A stretch of DNA of 64,000 nucleotides. It comes from Squalus acanthias (lineage: Eukaryota). The notes beneath the pieces are model-generated. The model was not told the DNA's origin. It was given only the letters and a program-made list of their open reading frames with translations, and did no database searches. The translations under genes and the position numbers were made by a program. Within the stretch, counting starts at the first letter, position 1, and every line of letters starts with the position of its first letter. The stretch lies in NCBI GenBank assembly GCA_030390025.1, contig CM059432.1, positions 90,460,001 through 90,524,000 on the forward strand. The letters run 5' to 3'. Positions 38,903-52,424 of the stretch are shown in pieces.

Positions 38903-40265
38903 TTTTTTATTCATTCACGGGATGTACGCGTCTCTGGCAAGGCCAGCATTTATTGCCCATCCCTAATTGCCCTTGAGAAGGTGGTGGTGAGCTGCCTTCT
39001 TGAACCGCTGCAGTCCGTGTGGTGAAGGTACTCCCATAGTACCGTTAGGGATGGAGCTCCAGGATTTTGACCCAGCGACGATGAAAGAACGGCGATATAT
39101 TTCCAAGTCAGGATGGTGTGTGACTTGGAGGGGTATTTGCAGGTGGTGGTGTTCCCATGCGCCTGCTGCCCTTGTCTTTCTAGGTGGTAGAGGTCGCAGG
39201 TTTGGGAGGTGCTGTCGAAGAAGCCTTGGCAAGTTGCTGCAGTGCATCTTGTAGATGGTACACACTATAGCCACGGTGCGCCGGAGGTAGGGGGAGTGAA
39301 TGTTTAAGGTGGTGGGTGAGGTGCCAATCAAGCGGGCTGCTTTGTCCTGGATGGTGCTGAGCTTCTTGAGTGTTGTTGGATCTGCACTCATCCAGGCAAG
39401 TGAAAGAAAGACTTGCATTTTTATTGCGCCTTACACGACCACCGGATGTCCCAAAGTGCTTTACAGCCAATGAAGTGCTTTTTGAAGTGGGGTCACTGTT
39501 GCAATGTGGCATCCAATTTGCGCACAGCAAGCTCCCACAAACAGCAACGTGATAATGACCAGATAATCTGTTTTTGTTATGTTGATTGAGGGATAAATAT
39601 TGGTCAGGACACCGGAGATAACTCCCCTGCTCTTCTTCGAAATAGTGCCATGGGATCTTTTACGTCCACCTGAGAGAGCAGATGGGACCTCGGTTTAATA
39701 TCTCATCCGAAAGATGGCACTGCCGACAGTGAAGCAGTCCCTCAGAACTGCACTGGAGTGTCAGCCTAGATTTTTGTGCTCAAGTCTCTGGAGTGGGACT
39801 TGAACCCACAACCTTCTGACTCAGAGGTGAGGGTGCTGCCAACTGAGCCACAGCTGACGCACTCAAGTGGAGAATATTCCATCATACTCCTGACTTGTGC
39901 CTTGTAGATGATGGAAAGGCTTTGGGAAGTCAGGAGGTGAGTCATTTGCCGCCGAATACCCAGCTGCTGACCTGCTCTTGTAGCTACAGTATTTATGTGG
40001 CTGGTCCATTTAAGTTTCTGGACAATGGTGTTCCTCAGAATGTTGATGGTGGGAGATTCGGTGATGGTAATCCCGTTGAATGTCAAGGGGAGGTGGCAAG
40101 ACTCTCTTTTTGGAGATGGTCGTTGCCTGGCACTTGTGTGGCACGAATGTTGCTTGCCCGTAATCAGACCAAGCCTGAATGTTGTCCAGGTCTTGCTGCA
40201 TGCGGGCATCGACTGCTTCATTATCTGAGGAGTTATGAATGGAACTGAACACTGTGCAATCATTT
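38903..40265 (-). mobile_element. Second-family LINE 3' part (RT C-terminus), split by a SINE
   Basis: MQQDLDNIQAW, YKAQVRSMMEYSPL..LSTIQDKAARLIG; tail with poly-A at 38903. Confidence 0.85.
39403..39863 (-). mobile_element. DeuSINE-type SINE, full length
   Basis: Reverse complement of the 35284 SINE; TSD CAAGTG at 39397-402 and 39864-69. Confidence 0.9.
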
Positions 40266-41845
40266 TGGTTTGAGAAACCCAATAAAACTTTTGCCTGAGG
40301 CAAGTATGATGCTTCTGATGGGACGTGTCAGGTACTTCTTCTTTCGGTGGGATTCTGCATTGTAAAGGAAGCACTAAACACCAGCATAGACCAGCTGGGC
40401 TGAATGGCCTGTTTCTGTGCTGCAAATTCTATGTACTAGTCAGCTCCTGTAAATAATCTGCTTGATACTATATTGATCTTTAGTTGTATTTGATTGGGAC
40501 ATTTGTGAAAATCTGGCAGTGGTATCTAATGGCATAAATGAAGTATTACAACACTGTAGTGTAATGTAAGATTTCCACGGGTATCTCAATTTACAGGAAT
40601 ATTTTTGTTATTCAGAAGAAACGCCTTAAGCCAATAATTTCCAATCTGAGGTTTTTCCATCCGCCTCCCCTCTTCTCTCCTTCCTTCCACCTCCCCTTTA
40701 CTTCTCCTCCCCGCCACCTGTACTCTTGCTTCTCCTCTCCTCCCGTGCACCTCTCCCCCTCACCATGTACCCTTTCCCCTCACATGCCTTGGTTCAGTTA
40801 TCTCCCTGCTCTCTAAACCTGAAAAGTGCGCTTGGCTTTGACCCTTGGTGTGCAACTCCATGGGAGACTGACTAATATTTTTTAAAATCTAGAATGGAGT
40901 AAATGGCAGGCAATATAGCAAATAAGAACCTGGGCCTTGAAAATCCATGTTCCAGCAGACTTTCTTCGTAAATCTGGCTGCTTGAGTGGCTGTAAACTTG
41001 ATGTTTCCAGGATGGCTTTCTGGGGCGGAGCTGACCCCTGCCCCTGTAAGAACATTGCTGTAAGAGGGCACAGGGCCAGCAGCTGTGACTCCTAAGTTGA
41101 GAGTTCTTGCTCCTGGGCCTTCAGTAGGGACTTGGCATATAATTGATGCTGGCACACCTGGTCTCACTAGGCTGGAACTGGGGCTCATGCAGGGGTATGG
41201 GTCTGGACCTTGAAGATGAGTGGTGGAGAATTTGTTTGGGCGAGTGGGCCGCTCAGGGTAAATAGGTTATTCTTTGGTGGTGGAGGGGGACCTGGCAAAT
41301 CCCCCATCCTCAAGCCAACAAGCCACTGCTAACATTTCTGCTGGCTCTGCTCCCTGACCCCGTAAGCTTTGGCGGGATCTGCAGCAGTGGCCGCGGGTAG
41401 TTGCATCCTGGTGCTGCCTCTTCCAGTCTGTTCCCTGTCTCTTTGACCAGCCCCCTAACCTTTTTACGATTATTCAGGCCCATTTTGGACCTGCGGCTTG
41501 TTTTCAAAGCTGTACACACTATATATTGTATTTGTTGATTGTTGTTGTAAATACAATCAGCAAATATAGCGTAAAGCACTGAAAACTTGCTTCAGGTTGG
41601 GAATGAGTTTGGAACAGGCCAAACTGGTGGGAAACAGAGTGGAGATGGTGTGAGAGACTGGGCTGAGCATGACTGGGTGGGAACATGCGAGAGTAGGGTA
41701 GGCTGGGAATATGGCATGGCATACCAGGAATGGAGCACAGAGTCTAAGTGGGCCACAAACCTGAGTCCCAAACTTCTGACAAAGTTGGAAAAATTATCCT
41801 TTTTGCTAATCTTTTACGTTTTACTTATTCTGAATTGTATTTAAT

Positions 41846-42601
41846 GACCTGGAATTTGCAGTGGGTAATGACGGCGAACTGTCAATGTTCGCCGTCATTA
41901 CCCTTCTGAAACTGACCGCAACTTTGGGTTTTAGCACATGCTCAGCTAAATGCGGAAATCCTGAAGTTGCAGTCAGTCATTCACTGCTCCCACACTAACT
42001 GCACTGTGGACCCTGTCCCCCCACCCCATAGCTGGCAATCAGTGATCAGTGTAATCAGTGACTCTGACGAAAACTTGGGCTTTTCCGTGGTAATATCGCT
42101 GTTAAATACCCCACTAAATGTTAAGCCTTGTTGGAATAGGTGTAACTGGGGTTTTAACAGCGTATTGACTGGTAAGTAAATGTTCTGGCCCTAAAAAACT
42201 AAATTTTATATTTGTGGAGTGTCAAATTTCTCCATTATGATAAATTACAAGTTTTAAAAAACTTCAAAAAAAATTAAAGTTTGTTCATGGGATTTCAGCT
42301 TCTACCTTATCCCCATGTGAAAGTCCCAATCTTTATTTCGCTCCCTGTAACATTTTTAAAAAGTCTGAATAAAAGCAGCTTCTCATTTCCTGGTTTCCTG
42401 TCTGTGAGAATTCTTCAATGTGATTGGCTGCGTAGACAGCTTGTTGACATCATTGCAGCATCGCACTAGAAATCCCTATTTCAGAGCGCTAAAATCAATT
42501 AAACGTTGAAAAAGGCAAATATCTTACCACAGCTGTGGGCAGCTTTCTTTGGGGCCAGCGGTGAGTGCCTTTGCTTCGCCGCTGACCGCAACTTACGGGC
42601 C
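41846..42601. mobile_element. Harbinger-type MITE, family A
   Basis: Ends GACCTGGAATTTGC / GCAACTTACGGGCC; flanks AAT/ATT; homologous to 2955-3703. Confidence 0.75.
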
Positions 42602-44664
42602 ATTACCTATGTGTAGCCAGCAGGCTAGCTGAAAAAATATTTTGGTTCAGTTACACCATTTTTTCTGATTGCTACATTTTTCCAACTTTTAGTTTCAGTT
42701 CTGATTTGTTGCAGCTAAAAGATGTTGAAGATTTTTTTTTGAATGATTTGCTTCAGTATCTGCTTTTTTATTGGTAGATTTTGATCACTAGTGATAGTAA
42801 GAGTGTTAATTTGTCATTTTTTCCATATATGAAAACAACTGCAATTACGTGTTTGTGTGTGTATAAGACAGAGCCTAAGAGACGCTAATGTGTAACACAG
42901 GAAGTGTAAAGTGACCATAGGAAATGCTCAGAGTCATACTGTATGCTATGATTCTGGGTATTTTCTGCACTCTGATTCCATATATTTTGGCTTCAGTATT
43001 TTAGAGTACTTTCCTAGAAAATTTTCAACGCCTCATGATCTACAGAATATCTTCACTGGCCCTAACATCTAGGTAAATTTTGGTAATGTAGCCTGGATAA
43101 CACAAAGATCTTTCTTTAAAAATTGTTTTGGCTATTGGATTGAAGCAAATTTATTGAACAATGGATGATAAAGTAAGTAAATAAAAGTAATTTCATACAT
43201 ATACATTTACAGTAGATATACTATACTAAACCTCAAGAGGAAATTTATAAATGATTGCAATCTCTATAGTAAAGTATTATTTAAAGTAAACTACTATTAT
43301 AGTTAACCTTTATATACGCAGTTATTCTTCTTGTAATTTTGCTAGTTGGCCTGACTTTGAAAGTTCCAAACCAACTCAATAATTTGAGTCGTCCACACTC
43401 GTAAATATTCATCCAACAGTTATGGATTTGACTAACTTTCAGTTAAATTCAAAAGTATCTGTCAGTCTTGCACATAACTGAGCAAATCATACAGTGTGTT
43501 TTTATTTGAATTTGGCTTGGCTTTTCCTACCAACCTATAGCCCCGAAGGCAGCCAAATAAGTATTTGCAACTTTTGTATTGAGTTACGCTGGAGACATGA
43601 CTTTGAAAGTAGCTGGTTTTTAAACTCCTTGGGAGTGAAATTCATCTTACGGGCAATAGCGAATCGGCAGCTTGTTTTACACTCTGCATGATTTTCCTTT
43701 CCATGTGTAAAACGGCTGCTGATTTGGCACTCCCATTTTGTGCTACTGCCCAAGACGAATTTCACCCCCTTTATGTACTGTGACTGAATTCAAGGAACCA
43801 CTACCAACCTAAAACTAAAGAAAAAGGCTCCATTTTTATCGCAGTATGTATAATATTACTAGCAGGTCTATCGTGGCATTGGTAAGTTTAAGGATGCTGT
43901 TTTATAAGGACATGAAGACTATATCATGTAATGTACAATGTATTGTTCTGCTGCTGAAGAATAGGTGTGTGTTTCTTTAATCATACAAGTTGTAATTGTT
44001 TGCATTCTTAAAGTCAGCGCTCGGGTCAGTTATAGGTCAGACAGCTCTGTTTTCTTTTTTAATGTTTAAGCCGACAGAATTTCATAAAAACACTTTGTCA
44101 CAATGCCCTTTAGACAGTCTTCTAGCAAGTATGCATCACATCCCAGGAGTTTGGCTTCATCGTCTACAATAAGTCTCACCTGGAGCTAGAGCAAGACATG
44201 ACATTTGTAGATGGCTAGCTTTGGACTGTGTGGGAAAGGGGGGGGGGGCCCTCTTTCTTGCCACCAGATTGGTTTGCAGAACTGGTTAGTGCTAGATTCA
44301 TATTCTTGGTCTGATATTGGTAGCCATTTTCATCATCCTATATGCTTGCCTGTTCATGAGATTTCTACAGTTGAACCAGCTACACCAGTGGTCTCCCCGC
44401 AGGCTATCATTATTCCAGTAAATGGAAGGGTTTCAGCTGTGGATGTGAGATAGTAGCCCCAAGTGTTAAATATTCTCCAGGAGGGCTTGTTACAGACACC
44501 ACCTGCTCAGTATTAGTAGCATTCCACCCATCATAGGAGGTTCCACAACTAAACTTAATGACTTGGATATATCACTTGCATGGACAAAACCAATAAATCA
44601 CCAGGGATGGATACTATATACGTGAGGGTGAGTCTGAGGTTGGTCACGTAGTGATATCTCTCAT

Positions 44665-44900
44665 ACCTGGTGTCCTGGCTAATATTTATACCTCAATCCA
44701 CGCCTAAAAAATACAGATTATCTGGTCATTGTCACATTGCTGTTTGTGGAACCCTGAAGAGCGTAAATTGGCTGCTGTGTTTCCTACAATACAACAGTGA
44801 CTACACTTATATATAAAAAAGTACTTCATTGGCTGTAAAGCACTTTGGGATGTCCTGAAGTTGTGAATCGTGCTATATAAATGCAAGTCTTTCTTTCTTT
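44665..44900 (+). mobile_element. DeuSINE-type SINE, 3' half
   Basis: ACAGATTATCTGGTCATT..AAATGCAAGTCTTTC. Confidence 0.8.
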
Positions 44901-45365
44901 AGTGGTGCTATTGAATGTCAGAGGGAGATGGCTGAGCTTTCTCTTGTTCAAGATAGTCATTAACTGGCACTTATGTGGTGTGAATGTTACCTGCCACTTG
45001 TCAGCCTAAACCTGGATGTTATCTAAGTTCTGCTGTAGGCTGGCATGGGCTGCTTTATTATTGGAGGGGTTGTGAATGGAAGTGACTACTGTGGCGTTAT
45101 CAGCAAACAGCCCAACTGCTGACATTATTGAGAGAATGTCATCGATGAATTGGGTGAAGATGGTTGGGTCAAAGACGCTTCCCTTAGGAACCGCTGCAGT
45201 GATATTGTTGGGGCTGTGATGAATGGCCTCTGACAACCACAAGCATCTTCCTTTGTGTCAGGTATGACTCCAGCCACTGGAGGGTTTTCCTATTAACCCC
45301 CATTGACTTCAGTTTTGCCTAAGCTCCTTGGTACCATATTCGATCGAATGCTGCCTTGATGTCGA
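44901..45365 (-). mobile_element. Second-family LINE RT fragment
   Basis: AVPKGSVFDPTIF..FADNAT..LQQNLDNIQ. Confidence 0.75.
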
Positions 45366-45815
45366 GCATAGATTCATCGGGATGATGCCAGAGATGGGAA
45401 ACCGTAGTTATGAGGAGTGATACGAGATACTATCATTATTTCCCCTGGAGCAAAGAAGGTTAAGAGGAGATTAAATTGAGATTTTTTTAAATTATGACTG
45501 ATTTTGATAGTGTGAATATGTGGTTATAGAGTTCGTGATGAGTGCTCATCAATTTAAAATTGTCACACAGAATGAGGAGAGAAGTTTGGACAAATTTCTT
45601 CACACATAGGGTTATTGGAGCATCAATTGCTTTGCTAAAAAGATTGGTTAAGGCAGAGACTGTTGCATGTATTAATGGAAAATTGGTTAAATATTTGATG
45701 CAGAAGGGGAGACAGTGGAGCCATGGGATTAGTTTAGATTGTTCTAGAAAAGAGCGGGCTCAGACATGATATGTTGAATAGCCTTCTTTTGTGCTGTAAA
45801 CTTCTATGGTTCTAT
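45366..45815 (+). mobile_element. Degenerate CR1 3' end
   Basis: LEQRRLRGD..NFFTHRV; TTCTATGG-type tail. Confidence 0.7.
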
Positions 45816-46626
45816 GCTTGTTAGAAAAAAGAATACCCTATGCGGTAGCTAATTTTCCTTATGTAATAGGAATTATATTTGTGCTCTTGAGGTGATTTGG
45901 TGATTCTCAAGAAATAATAATGAAAACTTTACTCTCAGGAGCAAATATTTCTGTGTTTTTTGTCTTTGCAGAGAAAAATGACTAATGTTAAGAGTGTGGG
46001 AAAAGACTAGTGAGTGAATGTCAGGCCCTAGCCTTGTATTATTAGCTAGAAATAAATAATGTCAAATGATCTTAAGATAAACATAAAATTTGATATAATT
46101 GCAGTGTTTATCTATAATAGGGTCAAACAATATTAAATTACTAGTGCTGTGAAGCGTTTAAAAAATTAATCTTGATTATTCACATGATTAAAAATTTTAA
46201 TTTGTTAATCTTGTTTTAATCACATTTAATTGATATAATTACTGCATCCGTTCTTTCAAGTTTGTTTTATATACATTTTTAAAAGTCAGAACAGAACCAC
46301 TTTAAATCGATGCAGTATTACTACAAACTGATAGTAAATGAAGAAATAAATGGAAAAAGGAGCACTTTTTAACAATGAAAACTAAAAACAAAGCCTCTCT
46401 AAATTGTAGCACAGCCTCAGTTCAGCACACTGAGCCGAGCCACACTGTGAAAAGGGCATCTAAACCCCTGTTGCCTGCTATTAGTTCCATCACAAATCAG
46501 CAAGTTTAAAAAAAAAAATCTTTAAGTTAAACCTTAATCTTTACATTCAGAAGCTGTGTAACTTGTACACCATGGGCTTGAACCACTCTGGAAATATGTT
46601 CACTGTGTTAAAATTCAGTAGACAAT

Positions 46627-46811
46627 GGCCTAGAAATTTGTCTCGGGCGGTGGCGCAAAATTGGCAGTATCGGATCGGCCGCCCTTTATTCGCAGCACCT
46701 GATATTTGGTTCCATTGACTGCAATAGACTGAATATCAGGTGCTGCATATAACGGGCGGCCGATCCGATACCGCCCATTCTGTGCCACCGCCCGAGACTA
46801 CTTGCTAGGCC
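46627..46811. mobile_element. 185-bp fully palindromic Harbinger-type MITE
   Basis: GGCCTAG...CTAGGCC; TSD AAT/AAT; arms pair almost to the centre CCATTGACTGCAATAG. Confidence 0.88.
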
Positions 46812-47022
46812 AATAACTCTTTTGGGTTACGTTCCAATATTCTGCAACAAGCAATTTTCCCATGTGTAGTTACTACGTATCGCCTTTTTGCTAATTATTA
46901 TGAACAAGAATTGGGCACCACGCGCCACGATGGTTTGCTCTGAGTAGAGCAAAGAACACGTGTTTATTTGACAGCGCCACCAGCAGAAGAGAAAGTCACA
47001 GTTCAGCAGGCTAAAGCTTTCA

Positions 47023-47655
47023 GGGGGAAAAATTGGGTTGGTTTGCGCCTCTCGTTACCGCCCCCAGAGGGTGCTAATGGGGCGCAAATCCCCTAGCGCC
47101 CGGGCGTGGCGCCGCTGCTGACACCTCCTGTGAAATTCAGCGTCATCACAAACTTCCCTTGCACCCCCTGACCTATCGCCGGATGATATGTCTGACAGGG
47201 TCAGGGGGGCGTTTTTGCAGCGGCGGCGGCACTAGTAAAAGGGACAGGTGTCGGGCGACCATTTTTTTTTGGCGGTCTGTTAGCACCTGCCCTCTTCCCC
47301 CTTTTTATGCGGGGTGCCGGCTGCGATCGCTCAGCCTGGCACTCCTCTTGAGTACCAGGCTGTTTTCACGGCACCCCGCTCCCCGGTGGTCTAGCAGCGT
47401 TAGGCCCCTCCCCTTTAATCAGGGAAGGAGGCCTGCAATAACGCGGCGCTATGTGACGCTGTTGCACGTAGCGCCGTGATATTCAGTTGTAGCGCCCCAA
47501 GAAGGAGGTGGAGCGCTACTGGAAGTGCTCCACCTCCTGCTTGGGGTGCTACAACTGAATTTCCGACGGAGCAGCACTAATTTTTTTCGGGGCGTTAAAA
47601 TTAGCGCCCTGGCGACATTAGCACCCCAAAAGGGGCGACACCCAATTTTTCCCCC
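47023..47655. mobile_element. Harbinger-type MITE, family C (GGGG ends)
   Basis: TIR GGGGGAAAAATTGGGT / ACCCAATTTTTCCCCC; TAGCGCC repeats; similar to 62294-63186 and to the left end of 31221. Confidence 0.8.
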
Positions 47656-48320
47656 TTAGCCTGTTGGTAAGCACAAACTTATTCCTACCTAGGTACTCTC
47701 TACATAACTTCCGCAATTGACACACGTTAAAAAAATTCATCTCCAAAAAATTAACACGTTAATTGCAGAAATTTACTGCGATTAATTGACAGCCCTATAA
47801 AATGCCAGTTTCTGAATGTTATTTTGATAGTTATGTTCTAACTAGTAAAGGATCAGCCATTGGCTAACACAGACTTTACGTTAAAATATTTAAAGTGGAA
47901 TTTAAATACAATTAATAACAACGTGTAGAAATTGATTATCATGGTAAGGTTTACAACTTGCTTTAATTGCTTAAAATAGCACTTGTCAGCTTTATGTTTT
48001 ATTGACAAACTTCATCGATTTATCTGATTTTTGGCTTTGTCTTGTCTCTGGTACATAAAATTCACATGCTGTTCAAATGGGAAATGGTTGTATTGATTTC
48101 CTTAACTTCAGCTGAAATGTTAAAGATTTTTGGATAAGCTTTCTCATTACTTAAGCCAAAATCAATATGAAAGAGCTTCTTTTAATGAAAGAGCAGTCTG
48201 AACACCTACTGTAGAAATGGAGTCCTGTTCATCCTTTGCCTTAAGTATTGATCACCTAGGTTGTTTTACTGACGTCCAATTGGTTCATATTGTGGTTCAG
48301 CTTTGTGTGTAAACTTGCAG

Positions 48321-48404
48321 CTTCAGAAAAGAGAAGACACGATACAGAGACAACAGAATGAAATCCTTTTCCTGCAACAGAAAAAAGATGTGTTCCTTGC
48401 TGAG
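48321..48404 (+). CDS. Internal exon of host coiled-coil protein gene (phase 0-0)
   Basis: TTGCAG acceptor, GAG|GTATAG donor, 84 bp: LQKREDTIQRQQNEILFLQQKKDVFLAE. Confidence 0.72.
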
Positions 48405-48725
48405 GTATAGTATCCAAAATAACTGCAAGCTAATCTGTGTGACTTATAATTATATTAAATAATTGTCGTCAATTTGTGATGTCATAATTACCAGTATAAC
48501 AATATGAGTAGTTGTGTGGGAGGCACACATAGGTTATTACAAGGGAAATGAAGGAATGATGATTTGAGTTTTCAGTTTGTGCATTGTGAGTAGTATTTTC
48601 CAATGCTGGAGAGGAGGTCAAGAATCAGTATCAGGTCTTCTCTTGATGAAAGTACATTCATAGTAATATTGATACATTTGCTTGGGTTACTGTGTTTATT
48701 TAATTATTTGCTGGATTCCTTTCAG

Positions 48726-48866
48726 CTTGAAGCAAAGGAACATAGGATTTACCATCGTCAACCAGAACAGCAAATCAGGAAGACTGAAGCCCATTGCAGG
48801 ACAGTTCAGCAAGAACAGAATGAACTAGATGTTGACTGCAAGTCACTTCAGCAGGCCCAACATAAG
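48726..48866 (+). CDS. Internal exon of host coiled-coil protein gene (phase 0-0)
   Basis: TTCCTTTCAG acceptor, AAG|GTATTC donor, 141 bp: LEAKEHRIYHRQPEQQIRKTEAHCRTVQQEQNELDVDCKSLQQAQHK; in frame with the previous exon. Confidence 0.72.
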
Positions 48867-50389
48867 GTATTCTGCATAGATATCATTAACTGCTCTGTAC
48901 TACATAAATTACCTAATTACCCATGGGTTAATTAAGTGAAATAGACTTATTGATATGTAGTCGGATACAAGTGTCATGTTACTGTGTTCTAAATTTATTG
49001 GTGTTCAGTTAATGGTCTTTTCATCTAAGCTTCCTAACTGCAAAATTTGTGGAGCTACATAAAATTACGTTGTAAACAGAACAGTATGGTTTTTTGACCC
49101 ATAACTGAAAAATTGTCTTTGTATAATGTGCGATGTATCGGCACTTTCTGAGCAGGGTATTCAGCTTCAGGACAACTCGTTTTTTCTGTTTTATTTCAAA
49201 CTTCAGTAAGTGTCATCGTGTTCAAAGCTAGTTGGTAATTGATTTATATAGTTTCTGTACATAAAGAGGGCAGAAAGAAGTCAATATTTTAAAAGCCTTA
49301 TTTACACTGGCAACAAGAAGTCACTGGAACAGAATAGTGTGTATTTTTGGTGCATTATTCCTCATTCCTATTTCCATGTCAGTGCAGCAGCGGTCAAATC
49401 TATCCAGATTAACTTGTGTTTATGCACTAAATTGCACTGAAATTTTTCTTTAAAATTGCCTAATGTAATCTTGCAGGGCTGAATCACTAATATTTTTTCA
49501 TCAACCTCAAATTCTGGAGGGACCATCCCAGTCTTGGTGATGATTCATTTATACCAAGGAATATTAGAATCTGTGCAATTGAAGGTGATAGAACAAGCAG
49601 CTGTGAAGTAGCCATCCTTTTGGAGTGGTTGGAGGCCATGAGCTAGTTTATATTAAAACTTTACATGCTAGTTTTGTTCATATATTGTATGGCACATATT
49701 GCTTGAAATTTAGTTGAAAATGTTTGTTTAAAGTGATATATTTTTAATTGCTGTGCTGCGAAAGTTTATACGGGTATATAATCTGATGAATTTCTAAGAA
49801 TAATTGGAGATTTTCCTTTCATAAGGATCTACGTATTATATTCATTATTTAATTAGTTATTGTTTCGCACAGATATTCATATTGGTATAAGCACACAAGC
49901 AACTAAGAGGAAATGTGTTCTGTACACAGTTACTATAATGATGCCAATATTACATTTGAAATTACTTGGAGCCATGCTCATCCAGAGAAAACTTTAATTA
50001 ATGTCAAATTTGTTACTGTTGTTTAAACATAGTTTAGAGTTAATCAGAAAATTGGAGTAGAATCTGAGTTAGCCCACTGACTCTTCTTCACTTCATGAAA
50101 CCTGATTGAAATCCAGTCAAGCTGATACAATAATAGTCTCTTTATACTCTATTGGTTGTAAGGGCTCTATGTGAAAAAAGTTTGGGTTGTCTCAAAATTC
50201 AGTTTCTGGTGCCATGCATCCGCAGTAAACACGTGGCAACAGATTGATACTAAGTTGTCAATCTCAATTAGGATAGGTAAGAATTTGAAAAGGTTCATAG
50301 TGTTGCAGTAGTAAGTGCTATTCTGAGGTCAGGTTAATGGGGTACATTTCCTCTGTTTACTATTTCTAGTGAAATCATCAACATTTGTT

Positions 50390-50805
50390 AGGCTGACACT
50401 CCAGTGCAGTGCTGAGGGAGTGCTGCACTGTTGGAGGTGCCGTCTTTTGGATGAGACATTAAACTGAGGCCCCGTCTGCTCTCTCAGGTGGACGTAAAAG
50501 ATCCCATGGCACTATTTCGAAGAAGAGCAGGGGAGTTATCCCCGGTGTCCTGGCCAATATTTATCCCTCAACCAACATAACAAAAACAGATTATCTGGTC
50601 ATTATCACATTGTTGTTTGTGGGACCTTGCTGTGCGCAAATTGGCTGCCACGTTTCCCACATTGCAACAGTGACCCCACTTCAAAAGTACTTCATTGGCT
50701 GTAAAGCGCTTTGAGACGTCCGGTGGCCGTGAAAGACGCTATATAAATGCAAGTCTTTCTTTCTTTCTTGCTTACTTTCTTGCTTGCTTTCTTGCTTTCT
50801 TTCTT
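50390..50805 (+). mobile_element. DeuSINE-type SINE, 5' truncated, with (CTTT/CTTG)n tail
   Basis: Core and tail match the 35284 SINE. Confidence 0.88.
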
Positions 50806-51675
50806 TCTATATAGTCTTGCTATAAAGAGCAAACAAAGGAAATCCTACTGTCTTGTTGATGCAGAACAAACAGACATTCTCTTTTGGGGTGAATTTCCTC
50901 CAGGCTTCTCTCGCTCCCCCGCCATAATTTACCAAATTATGTTCATCAAAGTTATGGCAGTGTAGTAGGAAATGCCCCGAGGAAATTCCTGGCATTTGTC
51001 ATTAGCTTGGTAGTACTGGGTGGAAAATAATGTAGTCCCCAGCATTATTACTCCTTAACCTTTAATACATAATTAACCCCCTCTTTCAAACTGTACAATG
51101 CCACATTTTAACTTTTGGTTACAATTATGTTGTGATTCTGGCATTGCTGCAAACACTAGATGTGTATTATACCTGCACCATTAACATTCAAAGTTTTTCA
51201 ATGAGGCTCTTGTAATGGAGGCACATTAATATAGTTGTGAATTTGTGCATGGTGACCAGTTTTGCTAACCTGATATTGTTTAAACAGCTAATCACGTTCT
51301 CTTCAAATTTCCCAATTTTTCTCCAATAGCAAGGTAGTTGATCTTGCTGGATTTCGAGCATGCTGTTTTTGTTTAGAAACAGTGTGGATTTCTTTAATTC
51401 ATCCAAAGAGTTGCAGCAAAGCACATAGAGGCTTATTAAGAAATCAGGTGCCAGTGTTACCTAAAATGGCTATTGAAAATGAAACATTTCTAGCAAAAAG
51501 GTTGCTGGATGAAGACTGAGACGTGTAATGGTTTTGTTGGATGGAAAGAATTAGCCAGACGTTCTCACTAAGGAGGCTGACTAATGGACTGGATTGGATT
51601 TATTTTTGCTCCTGGGTAGTTGACATGAGTAGATTTTGCAACTGTTTGTGTCTATTAATCCTTGAATTGTTTCAG

Positions 51676-51735
51676 GAACATCTAACAAATCCACAGCTTC
51701 TGCTGCCTGGAGAGCACAATGATCTCGACTGCTGA
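51676..51735 (+). CDS. Possible terminal coding exon of host gene
   Basis: TTGTTTCAG acceptor; phase-0 frame EHLTNPQLLLPGEHNDLDC*; no independent support. Confidence 0.25.
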   Translation, partial: EHLTNPQLLLPGEHNDLDC

Positions 51736-52424
51736 TTATTGCACAACAGTCAGAATGCAGCTTTGATTGGCTGATGTTAGGTATGCATGCATTTGTGTTA
51801 GCCAGCTGCCTGTTCTCTTTCTTCCCATAGCTGGGTGCTTCACTTAGCAGATCCAAACAATAATTTACAAAATTTTCTCCCCAGTGGCAGGGGCCCCTAA
51901 ATAGGCAACTGCTCCCCTTTGTTAGGAGTCTGGGAACATAGCGACATGCATTCAGTTTTAATATAATTTTAATATGGACAACAGACAGTTGCTAGGTTTG
52001 TCCTCGTCACTGAACTACAGATTATAGCATTTTGTGTTTGGTCTTTCTATTCCCCCCACCATACCACATTTTCAAGTTCCTTAACTGTTGTCTTCCCAAA
52101 CAGAAATCTTTGTTGATTTGTTTACTAGCGCAAGCTATTGTGGCCTAGAGTACTGTTGTGGCTTTTATTAATTATACACTGCAATGATTAGACTTGAGAT
52201 TCAGTTTTGCAGGAAGGAATAAGGTCTTGCCAGATTGTCCATTCTCCCCTTCAAAACTTAACTGCTGCTCCACAGTTCGACATTGAACAGCTCAGATAAG
52301 AACAGAAATAAAGCTTGGCCAGTGAGGGTATAGTTGAGGATACAGTGCTCTATTAATATAGAGTTTATTTGAATTCCCAGATGATTTCTCCATGTTCATA
52401 GGTTAGCACTTCTAGTACTTAAAT

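Larger units (their letters stand above)
46142..47797. mobile_element. Non-autonomous hAT element hosting two MITEs
   Basis: TIR TAGTGCTGTGAA / TTGACAGCCCTA; subterminal ATTAAT repeats; 8-bp flanks TAAATTAC / TAAAATGC. Confidence 0.7.

Noticed and set aside
40930..41450. GC-richer segment resembling a retroelement 5' UTR
   Set aside because: No ORF motif, TSD or second copy to support a call
45972..46009. Strong acceptor plus GTGAGT donor, 38 bp
   Set aside because: The only open frame ends in phase 2, which is incompatible with the phase-0 exon at 48321; unsupported without RNA data
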